From Thalassobaculaceae bacterium (GTDB lineage: Bacteria > Pseudomonadota > Alphaproteobacteria > Thalassobaculales > Thalassobaculaceae), in assembly GCA_965228875.1 (NCBI GenBank), contig OZ245843.1, positions 3,454,616-3,518,615 on the forward strand: 64,000 nucleotides of DNA. Reading direction: 5' to 3'. The position numbers and the translations under genes are program-made. Within the stretch, counting starts at the first letter, position 1. Each line of letters opens with the position of its first letter. A model generated the notes under the pieces. That model had not been told where the DNA came from. It saw only the letters and a list, made by a program, of their open reading frames with translations, and did not search any database. Shown here piece by piece: positions 28,416 through 38,145 of the stretch.

Positions 28416-29801
28416 TCAGTCCCGCAGGCGCTCGCGCGGGAGAAGGAGACGGGCGGTCGTGCCCTCTCCAAGGGTGCTGGTCAGCGACAGGGTCCCGCCG
28501 TGCAGCTCGGCCAGGGTGCGCGACAGGGCGAGGCCCAGCCCGAGGCCTTCCGAGGCGCGGACCTGGGCGTGATCGCCGCGCACGAACGGCTCCATCACCC
28601 GCTTCATCTCCTCCGGGGCGATGCCGAAACCGGTGTCGCTGACGGCGATATCGAGACCGCGGTCCTGGGTCCGGCGGATCGTCAGGTCGATGCGACCGCC
28701 CGCCGGCGTGAACTTCACGGAGTTCGACAGCAGGTTGATGATGATCTGGCGGATCTTCGACGGGTCGCAGAACAGTTGCGGCAGCCCGCTCTCGACGTCG
28801 ACGGTCAGGGTCAGGTCCTGAGCCCTCGCCCGGTCGGCGATCAGCGCCTCGCAGTTGGTCGCGAGGTCGGCGATCGGCACATTCTGCTCCTCCAGGGTGA
28901 CCCGTCCGCTTTCCATGCGCGACAGGTCCATCGCCTGCTGGATCAGAATGTCGAGATGCTCGCCGGCATGCACGATGTTGCGGGCGTATTCGGTATAGCG
29001 GGCGTTGCCGATCGGCCCCCACAGTTCCGCCTCGATCGCCTGCCCGAAGCCGATGATGGCGTTGAGCGGCGTGCGCAGTTCGTGGCTCAGGCTGGCGAAT
29101 CCCTCGTGGCGGGTCCGGTCGATCTCACGGGCGTGCTCGCGGGCCATGGCCAGGTCGCTGGCAAGGGCGTAGTTCTCCAGGCGGAGGGTCTCGCCCGCGA
29201 TCAGCGTTCGGGCGACGACACGGGCCCAGACGACCACGGCGCCGAGATACGGCAGGCTCACGAGACCGATGGTCCGGGCCGCGGGCTCGCCGGACAGCAG
29301 CAGGGCGGCCACCGCCGGCGCGGTGACGAGCAGGAAGTAGACGATGAAGCAGCGCCACCAGACGGCGAAGGTGAACACGGCACCGGCAGCGAGCGCGCCC
29401 AGGATCGCGGCGTAGAGCGCGGTCGACTCCAGCGGCACCGGACCGGCGACGAGAAGCACCGACGGAACGGCCCACAACAGGCCCGAAGCGGCGACGCCGG
29501 CTTCGAAGGCAAGCGCCCAGTCCCCGTGGTTGACGGTGGTGATCCGTCGCTGACGGGCCCGCCTCCAGAGCGCGAGCCGGTAGCCGGCCACCAGGGCGAT
29601 AGCGACCAGCCAGGCGACCGTCGCCGCCCGGCCCGCCGCCGCCTCGCTCACATAGGCGAGAATCACGGCGGCGAAGGTACTCGCCAGAATCGAGGCCGGC
29701 GAACGGTACAGGTACCGTACGCGTTCGGTATCCAGCACGACCCTGGACACGCCGAATCCGGACCCGGATCCCCCTCTCCCCTCAAGGGCGGGATCGGTCA
29801 T
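28416..29801 (-). CDS. Membrane sensor histidine kinase (PleC/DivJ-like H-box), orphan
   Basis: Several N-terminal TMs, SHELRTPLNAIIGF, NLLSNSVKF, DTGFGI, GLGLGL. Confidence 0.92.
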   Translation of the reverse strand: MTDPALEGRGGSGSGFGVSRVVLDTERVRYLYRSPASILASTFAAVILAYVSEAAAGRAATVAWLVAIALVAGYRLALWRRARQRRITTVNHGDWALAFEAGVAASGLLWAVPSVLLVAGPVPLESTALYAAILGALAAGAVFTFAVWWRCFIVYFLLVTAPAVAALLLSGEPAARTIGLVSLPYLGAVVVWARVVARTLIAGETLRLENYALASDLAMAREHAREIDRTRHEGFASLSHELRTPLNAIIGFGQAIEAELWGPIGNARYTEYARNIVHAGEHLDILIQQAMDLSRMESGRVTLEEQNVPIADLATNCEALIADRARAQDLTLTVDVESGLPQLFCDPSKIRQIIINLLSNSVKFTPAGGRIDLTIRRTQDRGLDIAVSDTGFGIAPEEMKRVMEPFVRGDHAQVRASEGLGLGLALSRTLAELHGGTLSLTSTLGEGTTARLLLPRERLRD

Positions 29802-29864
29802 TCAGGACCTCCCACAGGACGGTGACGGCACCCGGTGCCGTCGTTCGGGGAGATGGTAGTGAAG

Positions 29865-29885
29865 TTAAGGTTAAGAAATGGTTGA
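29865..29885. promoter_or_regulatory. CtrA-like site upstream of the histidine kinase
   Basis: TTAA-GAAATGG-TTGA (29871-29885; one mismatch to TTAA-N7-TTAA) plus another TTAA at 29865. Confidence 0.5.
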
Positions 29886-30010
29886 TGCGGCGCCGATTCC
29901 CAACCGCCACGGGCGATTGACCCGCCGGGCGCACCCGGCCCCGCCGCCGGCGCGACGGGACGAGCAGGTGGGGCGGGGAAGGTGGGGCGGGCGAGCCGGA
30001 GCGAGGCCGT

Positions 30011-30916
30011 TCAGTGCGGGCGGTCACCCTGGAGCGTCACCCGGCGGACATGGCGGCGATGGCCCTCGTAGTCGTTCACCGCCCGGTGCATCAGGCAGCG
30101 GTTGTCCCAGACCGCCACCGAGCCCTTCTCCCAGCGGAACCGACACACGAACTCGTCGCGGATGGCATGGGCGTACAGAAACTCGAGCAGCGGCTTCGAC
30201 TCGGCCTCGGTCCAGTCCTTGAACCGGATCGTGTAGTTCGGGTTGACGAACAGCCCCCTGCGCCCGGTCTCGGGATGGGTGCGGACCACCGGGTGCTCGA
30301 TCAGCCGGTCGCCGTCCTCGCTGGCGTCGATCGACATCGAGACCGAGGCGTTCCGCCCGCCCTGGAACTTCGACTGGCTGCCGTAGGAGCGGGTGCCGCT
30401 GTGCAGGGCGGTCAGGCCGTCCAGGACCCCCTTGATCCCGTCCGACAGCGTGTCGTAGGCGGCGTACAGGTCGGCGAACAGGGTGTCGCCGCCGCGCGGC
30501 GGGACGTCCAGCGCGTAGAGCAGCGATCCCATCGCCGGTGTTTCCAGGAAGCTCGTGTCGGTATGCCAGTTGCCGCCGAAGTTGTACTTCCCGACATCCT
30601 CCGGTTCCTTGACGATGTCGATGATCTCCGGATGACCCTCCAGCGACTTCACGAACGGGATCGCCACCGGATCGCCGAACAGCCGAGCGGCACGCTTCTG
30701 GCGCTCGGGATCGTCCAGATCCTGATCGCGGAAGAAGATCACGGAGTTGGCCAGGAACGCGGCGTGCACTTCCGCCGCCTGGGCGTTGGTGAGCGGCGCG
30801 CCGAGATCGACACCGCGGATCACAGCGCCGATCGCCCCGCCGAGCGGCTCGACCTCGATGGTGTCGTAGGCGGTGGATTGGGCAGCAGATTGGACGCTGG
30901 TATGGCCGCTGGGCAT
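30011..30916 (-). CDS. TauD/TfdA-family dioxygenase
   Basis: WHTDTSF, GGDTLF, HPVVRTHPETG, WDNRCLMHR. Confidence 0.95.
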   Translation of the reverse strand: MPSGHTSVQSAAQSTAYDTIEVEPLGGAIGAVIRGVDLGAPLTNAQAAEVHAAFLANSVIFFRDQDLDDPERQKRAARLFGDPVAIPFVKSLEGHPEIIDIVKEPEDVGKYNFGGNWHTDTSFLETPAMGSLLYALDVPPRGGDTLFADLYAAYDTLSDGIKGVLDGLTALHSGTRSYGSQSKFQGGRNASVSMSIDASEDGDRLIEHPVVRTHPETGRRGLFVNPNYTIRFKDWTEAESKPLLEFLYAHAIRDEFVCRFRWEKGSVAVWDNRCLMHRAVNDYEGHRRHVRRVTLQGDRPH

Positions 30917-31007
30917 GGGAGTCCTCCGGATATCGTCGTTTTCTTTCAGTCTAGCGGGGGATGTCGTGCGCCCGCTAGAGCACGATCGAGACCGGATCCG
31001 GACGGCA

Positions 31008-32246
31008 TCAGTTCTGGTCCGCTCGCCGGGCGAGGCCGAGAGCGAAAGGCAGCATGGCGCAGAGGACGATGGAGGCGGCCAGCAGGAACGGCGCCCCCGG
31101 CAGATAGAGCGGCGTCTCCGGCCCTGTGAACCAGCCGAACACCTGGGTCATCAGCACCGGCGAGATGATCATGGTGACCCCGAGCACGCCGGCCAGCGCG
31201 CCCTGCAGTTCTCCCTGGGCGTCCTCGGCAACCCGGTTCGACATCAGTCCCTTGAGCGCCGGCTCGCAGATCAGGCCGGCCACCGTCAGCGGCATCAGCG
31301 CATAAGCCATCCACCCCTCGGTGACGAAGCCGAGCCCGATCATGCCGACGACAGTCAGCAGGAAGCCGATCCAGGCCGTCCGCTCGGTCCCGACCCGGGC
31401 CAGGACGATGCGGATCAGCCAGCCCTGGACGATCACGAGCCCGACCCCGACGGCCGTAAGCGAAAGCCCGACTTCCGCGGGCGACCAGTCGAACGCCGCC
31501 TGCCCGTAATAGGCCCAGACCGATGCATAGGAGAAGTGGCCGACCTCGTAGAGAAAGAACGCCAGCAGGAACAGGGCGACGCCGGGCAGGCCGGCGATCT
31601 GCCGCGCCAGGCCGACCGGGTTGGCCCGCCCCCACGAAAACGGGCGTCGGCGCTCCTTCGGCAGGCTCTCCGGCAGGACCAGGAAACCGTAGATCAGGTT
31701 CACCGCGCAGACCGCCGCCGCCACCATGAACGGGACGCGCGGTCCGAATTCGCCTGCGACCCCGCCGACCAGCGGGCCGATGATGAATCCGGCGCCGAAG
31801 CTGGCACCGACCAGGGCGAAGTTCTGTGCTCGTTTCTCCGGCGGGCTGATATCCGCCATGAAGGCGTTTGCCGTCGCCATGGTCGCGCCCGCCGCCCCGG
31901 CGATGATGCGACCTACGAACAGGACCCAAAGGTTGGGCGCGAAGGCCATGACGGCATAGTCGACCGCCAATGTCGCCAGCGAGACCATCATCACCGGGCG
32001 CCGCCCGAAGCGGTCGGACAGGTTGCCCACGGTCGGCGACAGCAGGAACTGCATCGCCGCGTAGGCCATGGTCACGAAGCCGCCCCAGAAAGCCGCCCCG
32101 CTGACCCCGAGACCGGTCAGGTCGTGGATCAGACCCGGCATCACCGGCAGCATGATGCCGATGCCGATGGCGTTGATCAGGACGGTGACGAAGATGAAGG
32201 CGGCCGCGTTGCGTGCGGCCGGCCGCGCTCCGTCGGGCGGAGGCAC
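31008..32246 (-). CDS. TCR/Tet-family MFS transporter
   Basis: IGIMLPVMP, GNLSDRFGRRPV, GRIIAG, GFIIGPLVGG; GTG start at 32246. Confidence 0.92.
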   Translation of the reverse strand: MPPPDGARPAARNAAAFIFVTVLINAIGIGIMLPVMPGLIHDLTGLGVSGAAFWGGFVTMAYAAMQFLLSPTVGNLSDRFGRRPVMMVSLATLAVDYAVMAFAPNLWVLFVGRIIAGAAGATMATANAFMADISPPEKRAQNFALVGASFGAGFIIGPLVGGVAGEFGPRVPFMVAAAVCAVNLIYGFLVLPESLPKERRRPFSWGRANPVGLARQIAGLPGVALFLLAFFLYEVGHFSYASVWAYYGQAAFDWSPAEVGLSLTAVGVGLVIVQGWLIRIVLARVGTERTAWIGFLLTVVGMIGLGFVTEGWMAYALMPLTVAGLICEPALKGLMSNRVAEDAQGELQGALAGVLGVTMIISPVLMTQVFGWFTGPETPLYLPGAPFLLAASIVLCAMLPFALGLARRADQN

Positions 32247-32250
32247 GGCC

Positions 32251-32970
32251 TCACACGCTCCGGGTGATGCCGCCGTCGACCCGCAGGTTCTGGCCGGTGA
32301 TGTAGGAGGAGGCGTCCGACACCAGGAACGCCGCGACATCGGCGATCTCCTCGGCGCGGCCGTAGCGGCCCATGGGAATGCGGGCGCGGAACGCCTCCTT
32401 CTCCGGCCGGCTGTCGACGAAGCCGGGCAGCAGGTTGTTCATGCGGATCCCCGACGCCGCGTATTTGTCGGTCACCAGCTTGGTGAAGGCGGCCAGCCCG
32501 GCGCGGAACACGCCCGAGGTCGGAAACGCCGCCTCCGGTTCGAAGGTGGCATAGGTCGAGATGTTGACGATCACGCCGCCGCGCCCCTGTTCGGCGAACT
32601 GCTTCTCCATGATCGGAACGACCAGGCGGGTCATGCGGATGACGTTCATCAGGTAGACGTCGAGGCCGAGGTGCCAGTCCTCGTCCGTCAGGTCCAGCAC
32701 CGGCCCCTTCGGGCCGTGCCCGGCGGAGTTCGCCACCGCGTCGATCCGCCCCCATTTGTCCATCGCCGCGTCGACCAGCGACCGCAGCACCTCCGGCTCC
32801 AGGTTTGAGCCGGTGACGGCGATGCCGCCAAGCTCCTCGGCGAGCGCCTCGCCCTTGCCGGAGGAGGAGTTGATGGCGACGGCGTAGCCTTCGCCCGCCA
32901 GTTTGCGGGCGATCGCCGCTCCCATGCCGGAACCGGCGGCGGTGACGATGGCGACCTTCTGCTCGGACAT
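32251..32970 (-). CDS. SDR-family oxidoreductase
   Basis: TAAGSGMG, NSAG, NIST, GQNLRVDGG; atypical SGVFR in place of YxxxK. Confidence 0.9.
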   Translation of the reverse strand: MSEQKVAIVTAAGSGMGAAIARKLAGEGYAVAINSSSGKGEALAEELGGIAVTGSNLEPEVLRSLVDAAMDKWGRIDAVANSAGHGPKGPVLDLTDEDWHLGLDVYLMNVIRMTRLVVPIMEKQFAEQGRGGVIVNISTYATFEPEAAFPTSGVFRAGLAAFTKLVTDKYAASGIRMNNLLPGFVDSRPEKEAFRARIPMGRYGRAEEIADVAAFLVSDASSYITGQNLRVDGGITRSV

Positions 32971-33112
32971 GTGCGGGTCCTCTATGACCGGGGGACGGAA
33001 TCGGCCGGAGCATAGCAGTCCGGCGGTCGACGCGGAGTTTCGAATTGACCCCGCCGGAGGCCCTGTCCAGTAATGCCGGACAGACGCTGTGAGCGGACGA
33101 GGGTCAGGCGCG

Positions 33113-33880
33113 ATGCAGTTCGGAATCCTCCGCCAGCGGGCGGACCAAGCGCAGATGGCGGACCTGTCGTCCGCCCTGAACGACTACGAGGCGGCAGTGG
33201 GCGGCATCACGGAGAAGTCGAGCATCGGCTCGGTCTTCGCCACCGCTTCGCCGGACTCGGCAGAGTACGCGGCGGCGTTCCGGCTGCTCGGCTGGTTCTG
33301 GCGCAGCGGCCTGAGCGAGGAGTTCACCGCCAGGTTCCACCAGGCTCCGGTTCTGCTGCCGCTGTTCTGCAGCATTCGCCGGCACACCGCGGGGTCCCGC
33401 GCCAGCCACGTGAACTGGCACTTCGACGCCAACTTCGTCGGCTTCGGCGGATCCTTCCTGGTGTTCTGGGTGCCGCTCGACCCGGTCGGCGAGGAGAGCC
33501 CGGGCCTCGACTTCTATTTTCCCCAGGGCCAGTTCCGCATGTCGGACATCGCCGAGCGGTGGAACCGCGTGCCGTTCGTCGACGGCAAGCGCACGCTCGA
33601 CGACGCCGGCATCGCCGCGTTCTTCGGCGGGCCGCCCGGCCGGCGGATGCACACGGTCCTGAACCCCGGCGACCTCGCGGTCTTCGACGCTGTGGTCCCA
33701 CACCGCACCCAGCACCTGCCGTCGATCACCCGCGACCGCACCGCGATCGAGTTCCGGGTCACCTCCGCCGAGGCGCCGATCCCGAACCATGTCCGCTTCG
33801 AGCCCGACGTGGCGATGGCGATGACCGGGGACGGTCTCGCGGTGACCCGCCTCGCGGACCTGATGGCGAAACCCGCCTGA
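33113..33880 (+). CDS. Putative PhyH-like Fe(II)/2OG oxygenase
   Basis: WHFDA (HxD), WVPLD, PGDLAVFD...HRT, R.AIEFR. Confidence 0.7.
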   Translation: MQFGILRQRADQAQMADLSSALNDYEAAVGGITEKSSIGSVFATASPDSAEYAAAFRLLGWFWRSGLSEEFTARFHQAPVLLPLFCSIRRHTAGSRASHVNWHFDANFVGFGGSFLVFWVPLDPVGEESPGLDFYFPQGQFRMSDIAERWNRVPFVDGKRTLDDAGIAAFFGGPPGRRMHTVLNPGDLAVFDAVVPHRTQHLPSITRDRTAIEFRVTSAEAPIPNHVRFEPDVAMAMTGDGLAVTRLADLMAKPA

Positions 33881-33934
33881 CGGCAACCCGGGCCTGACGA
33901 AAACCAGGGCCCGGGCAGGCCATCGGCGCGGAGG

Positions 33935-35659
33935 TCAGTGGATCTCCGGCTCCGCCGTCGCCATCGTGCCCATCAGGACGTCGAAGTCGCAGCCCTTGTC
34001 GGCCTGGGTGATGTGGTCGGCGTAGATCGCACCGAAACCACGCTCGAACTTGCGCTTCGGCGGGGTCCAGGCGGCCCGGCGGGCGTCCAGCTCGGCGTCG
34101 CTGACATCGAGATGCAGGCGCCGGCCGTCCACGTCCAGTTCGATCATGTCGCCGTCCTGGACGAAGGCGAGCGGGCCGCCGACCCAGCTCTCGGGCGCCA
34201 CGTGCAGGACGCAGGTGCCGTAGCTGGTGCCGGACATCCGGGCGTCGGAGATCCGCACCATGTCGCGGATGCCCATCTCCAGGATCTTCTTCGGGATCGG
34301 CAGCATGCCCCATTCCGGCATGCCCGGCCCACCCTGGGGTCCGGCGTGCTTGAGCACGATCACGCTGTCCGGGGTCACGTCCAGGTCGGGATCGTCGATG
34401 CGGGCCGCCATGTCGTTGTAGTCGGCGAACACGACCGCCGGGCCGCGATGGGTCATGAACTTGGGGTCCATGGCGGTCTGCTTGATCACGGCGCCGTTGG
34501 GGGCGAGGTTGCCGCGCAGCACGACCAGTCCGCCCTGCTCGCCCAGCGGGTTGCCGCGCCGGCGGATGACCTCCTCGTTGTGGACGTCGGCGCCGGCGAT
34601 GTCCTCGCCCAGCGTCTTTCCGGAGACGGTGACCGCGTCGGTGTGCAGCAGGTCCTCCAACTCGCTCAGCAGGGCCGGCAGGCCGCCGGCATAGTAGAAG
34701 TCCTCCATCAGCCACCTGCCGGACGGCCGGATATCGGCCAGCCACGGCACCCGTCGGGACACGGCGTCGAACCGGTCGAGGTCGATCGGCAGGCCGAGAC
34801 GCCCGGCCATGGCGATCAGGTGCACGACCGAGTTGGTCGATCCGCCCATGGCCATGACGGTGGAGATCGCGTTCTCGAACGCTCCTTCCGTCATGATGTC
34901 CGACGGTTTGAGGTCCTCCCAGACCATGTCGACGATGCGCCGCCCCGACAGGCTGGCCATACGGGAATGGTTCGAATCGGGGGCCGGAATCGCGCTCGAG
35001 CCGGGCAGCGACATGCCCAGCGCCTCGACCGCGCTCATCATGGTCGCCGCCGTCCCCATCGTCATGCAGGTACCGGGCGACCGGGCGATGCCCTCCTCGA
35101 TCTCCTCCCAGTCGCGCTCGGTGATGTTGCCGACCTTCAGCTCGGCCCAGTACTTCCAGGTGTCGGAGCCGGACCCGAGAGTCTTGCCGTGCCAGTTGCC
35201 GCGCAGCATCGGCCCGGCCGGCACGAAGATCGACGGGATGTTCATGCTCGCGGCACCCATCAGCAGCGCCGGCGTCGTCTTGTCGCAGCCCCCCATCAGC
35301 ACCGCACCGTCGGCCGGATAGGAGCGCAGGAGTTCCTCGGTCTCCATGGCCAGCAGGTTGCGGTAGAGCATCGTCGTCGGCTTCTGGAACGGCTCGCTGA
35401 GCGAGATCGCCGGCAGTTCGACCGGAAACCCGCCGGCCTGCCACACGCCGCGCTTAACCTCTTCGGCGCGCTGGCGGAAATGAGTGTGGCACGGGTTGAT
35501 GTCCGACCAGGTGTTGACGATGGCGATGACCGGCTTGCCCTTCCAGTCCTCGCGCGCGTACCCCATCTGAAGCGTGCGCGAGCGGTGGCCGAAGGCCCTC
35601 AGATCGGCCGCACCATACCAGCGCGCACTGCGCAGATCCTCATAACGCTTGCGCGCCAT
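33935..35659 (-). CDS. IlvD/Edd-family sugar-acid dehydratase (L-arabinonate dehydratase-like)
   Basis: NPCH, GGCDKTTP, GTCMTMGTA, GGSTN, GPGMPE, SDARMSGT. Confidence 0.93.
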   Translation of the reverse strand: MARKRYEDLRSARWYGAADLRAFGHRSRTLQMGYAREDWKGKPVIAIVNTWSDINPCHTHFRQRAEEVKRGVWQAGGFPVELPAISLSEPFQKPTTMLYRNLLAMETEELLRSYPADGAVLMGGCDKTTPALLMGAASMNIPSIFVPAGPMLRGNWHGKTLGSGSDTWKYWAELKVGNITERDWEEIEEGIARSPGTCMTMGTAATMMSAVEALGMSLPGSSAIPAPDSNHSRMASLSGRRIVDMVWEDLKPSDIMTEGAFENAISTVMAMGGSTNSVVHLIAMAGRLGLPIDLDRFDAVSRRVPWLADIRPSGRWLMEDFYYAGGLPALLSELEDLLHTDAVTVSGKTLGEDIAGADVHNEEVIRRRGNPLGEQGGLVVLRGNLAPNGAVIKQTAMDPKFMTHRGPAVVFADYNDMAARIDDPDLDVTPDSVIVLKHAGPQGGPGMPEWGMLPIPKKILEMGIRDMVRISDARMSGTSYGTCVLHVAPESWVGGPLAFVQDGDMIELDVDGRRLHLDVSDAELDARRAAWTPPKRKFERGFGAIYADHITQADKGCDFDVLMGTMATAEPEIH

Positions 35660-35743
35660 CGTATTCCCTCCAGTCGACTGCTTGTCATGTGTTTTGCCGC
35701 AGTCGACCACCGGGGCCGGCGGGGGTCAAGGTATCCAGACCGG

Positions 35744-36088
35744 CTATGCGGGCTCGCCGACCACGCGGTCGTTGACCGTGTCGATGAAGTTGCCGCCGGA
35801 ACTGACCACGCAGGTCGCACCCTGCGGCCGGGTGATCAGCAGCGTCCACGTCCCGGTGTCGAGGTTGCTGTAGATCTCGACCAGGTTACCGGCCGCATCC
35901 ACCATCATCGAGGCGCGGTACTCGTTGTAGAGCGTCGTGAGCCGTTCGACGATCGTCTCGCGGTCGCCGCACGCCGTGCCCGCGTGAGCGGAGCGGATGG
36001 ATCCGGTCAGGATCGTCGCCACCATGAGAAGGCCGGCACCAAACCCAAGGAGGCGCATCGAAGACAGGTGAAGAATGTTCTTTCTCAT
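35744..36088 (-). CDS. Small secreted two-Cys hypothetical protein
   Basis: Signal peptide (AHA), CGDR...GTWT...P.G.TCVV.SG; AAGGAGG RBS. Confidence 0.8.
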   Translation of the reverse strand: MRKNILHLSSMRLLGFGAGLLMVATILTGSIRSAHAGTACGDRETIVERLTTLYNEYRASMMVDAAGNLVEIYSNLDTGTWTLLITRPQGATCVVSSGGNFIDTVNDRVVGEPA

Positions 36089-36237
36089 CTCACCCTCCTT
36101 TCGAGGCCATTTTGGCCACGGAGGCACCATATCTTGACTTTACATGGGGCGTCCTTGATGTTCCCTCAACATCCGCGTCCATCACGATCGCCTGATCTGG
36201 TGGTAGCGCGGCACGGACCCCTTGCGGGAGTTGGCCG

Positions 36238-36747
36238 ATGCAGGGCGTGATCGTGAACACAATGCGTTTCGACCCCGACCCGGCGGCGCCGAACAACCCG
36301 GATCTGCCGGTTGTGGTTCTTTCAGGGGCGCTGGAAGAGGGATGGTCGGCCGCCGACGTCCAGGCCACGGTACGGCGCAACGGTTGGGGCGGCGCCTGGC
36401 TGTACGGCGTGTTTCCCTATCACCACTACCATTCCAACGCTCACGAGGCGCTGGTCTGCGTCGCCGGCGAGGCGGAGTTGCTGCTCGGCGGCGACGGCGG
36501 CGCGCGGGTGACGGTCCGCCGCGGCGACGCCCTGGTCCTGCCGGCGGGAACCGGCCACAAGTGCCTGAGCTCGAGCTCGGACTTCCTGGTCTGCGGCTGC
36601 TATCCGCCGGGTCAGGAGGGCGCGGACCTCAAACGCGAGGGCGATCCGAGGGCCGGAGTCGACGCCGCGATCGCGGCGGTCGCGCTGCCGGCGACCGATC
36701 CTTTGTTCGGCGGGACCGGCCCGCTAGTCGAGATCTGGGGCCGGTAG
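36238..36747 (+). CDS. Cupin-domain protein (YjlB-like)
   Basis: PNNP.LP, HHYHSNAHE, GD.LVLPAGTGH. Confidence 0.88.
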   Translation: MQGVIVNTMRFDPDPAAPNNPDLPVVVLSGALEEGWSAADVQATVRRNGWGGAWLYGVFPYHHYHSNAHEALVCVAGEAELLLGGDGGARVTVRRGDALVLPAGTGHKCLSSSSDFLVCGCYPPGQEGADLKREGDPRAGVDAAIAAVALPATDPLFGGTGPLVEIWGR

Positions 36748-36767
36748 GCGGCCCTCCCGATCGCCCT

Positions 36768-38132
36768 CTAATATCGCAGTTCCTCGAACACCGGCTCGAC
36801 GCTGCCGCCCCAGCGGGTGTTGAAGGCCTCGATCAGGTCGGCCGCCTGGCTGCGCCCGCTCTCGACGATGGCGTCGAGCGGCCGCAGATAGGTCGTCTCG
36901 TCATTGCCCTGGTAATCGAGGCGCGCCCGACGCTGCAGCCCCTCGCGGGCGAGCGCCACCACGTCGCGCGACCAGTCCTGCACGCTCCGCCCCTTGAAGC
37001 TCGCGGCCAGTCCCTCGCGCGGGACGACGTTGCGCAGTTCCTCCATCTCGGCGACCGACCAGTCGCGGCAGAGCTGCCAAGCCTGATCCTGGATGCCGGG
37101 ATCGTAGAGCAGGCCGACCCAGAACGCCGGCAGGGCGCAGATCCGGCCCCACGGCCCGCCGTCGGCGCCGCGCATCTCCAGGTACTTCTTCAGCCGCACT
37201 TCCTGGAACACGGTGGTCGTGTGATCGGACCAGTCACCCATGGAGGCGGTGTGGTCCGCCACCTCCGGCAGGCGACCGGCCATGAACTCGCGGAAGCTCC
37301 TGCCCGAAACGTCAAGGTACTGGCCGTCGCGGTAGACGAAGTACATCGGCACGTCGAGCAGGTAGTCGACATAGCGCTCGAAGCCAAAGCCGTCCTCGAA
37401 CACGAAGGGCAGCATCCCGCAGCGGTCGGGATCGGTGTCGGTCCACACGTGGCTGCGGTAGGACCGGAACCCGTTCAGCTTGCCCTCGGTGAAGGGCGAG
37501 TTGGCGAACAGGGCGGTGGCGATCGGTTGCAGCGCCAGGGAGACCCGGTACTTCTCCACCATGTCGGCCTCGTCCTCGAAGTCGAGGTTGGCCTGGATGG
37601 TGCAGGTCCGCTTCATCATGTCGAGGCCGAGCGAACCCTTCTTCGGCATGTAGGCGCTCATGATCCCGTAGCGGCCCTTGGGCATCCACGTGATGTCCTC
37701 GCGCGTCGAGGTCGGATCGAACCCGAGCCCAAGCATGCCGACGCCGAGTTCGTCGCAGACCTCGCGCACCTGGGCGAGGTGAGTGTGCACCTCGTCGCAG
37801 GTCTGATGCAGGTTGTCGAGCGGCGCGCCGGACAGCTCGAACTGGCCGCCCGGCTCGAGGGTGATGGCACAGCGTCCCTGGGTCAGGGCGATGACCTTGC
37901 CCTTCTCCTCGATCTCCTGCCAGCCGAAGCGCTGCAGGCCGGTGAGAATCGCGCCGATCCCATCGGGACCGTCATAGGGCAGACGCCGGTTGTCGGAGAG
38001 CCGAAAGGCGAACTTCTCGTGCTCGGTGCCGACCTTCCACTCGCTGCGCGGTGTGACGGCGGACGAAAACCACTCCACCAGCTGCGCCTTGCTGGTGATG
38101 GGCACGCCCTGATCTTCAGGCGGACGGGACAT
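36768..38132 (-). CDS. gshA: Glutamate--cysteine ligase (plant/alpha type)
   Basis: GTEHEKF, LEPGGQFELSG, MPKGRY, ANSPF, EVRLKKYLEMRGADGG. Confidence 0.95.
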   Translation of the reverse strand: MSRPPEDQGVPITSKAQLVEWFSSAVTPRSEWKVGTEHEKFAFRLSDNRRLPYDGPDGIGAILTGLQRFGWQEIEEKGKVIALTQGRCAITLEPGGQFELSGAPLDNLHQTCDEVHTHLAQVREVCDELGVGMLGLGFDPTSTREDITWMPKGRYGIMSAYMPKKGSLGLDMMKRTCTIQANLDFEDEADMVEKYRVSLALQPIATALFANSPFTEGKLNGFRSYRSHVWTDTDPDRCGMLPFVFEDGFGFERYVDYLLDVPMYFVYRDGQYLDVSGRSFREFMAGRLPEVADHTASMGDWSDHTTTVFQEVRLKKYLEMRGADGGPWGRICALPAFWVGLLYDPGIQDQAWQLCRDWSVAEMEELRNVVPREGLAASFKGRSVQDWSRDVVALAREGLQRRARLDYQGNDETTYLRPLDAIVESGRSQAADLIEAFNTRWGGSVEPVFEELRY

Positions 38133-38145
38133 CGGGCCTCCGGTC

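Noticed and set aside
30950..30979. TCTAGCGGG/CCCGCTAGA inverted repeat upstream of the second tauD-like gene
   Set aside because: No U-tract in the transcribed direction; cannot distinguish terminator, operator or chance.
31008..32246. Tet-family MFS as an acquired tetracycline resistance gene
   Set aside because: No tetR or mobile context; looks like an ordinary chromosomal TCR/Tet homolog.
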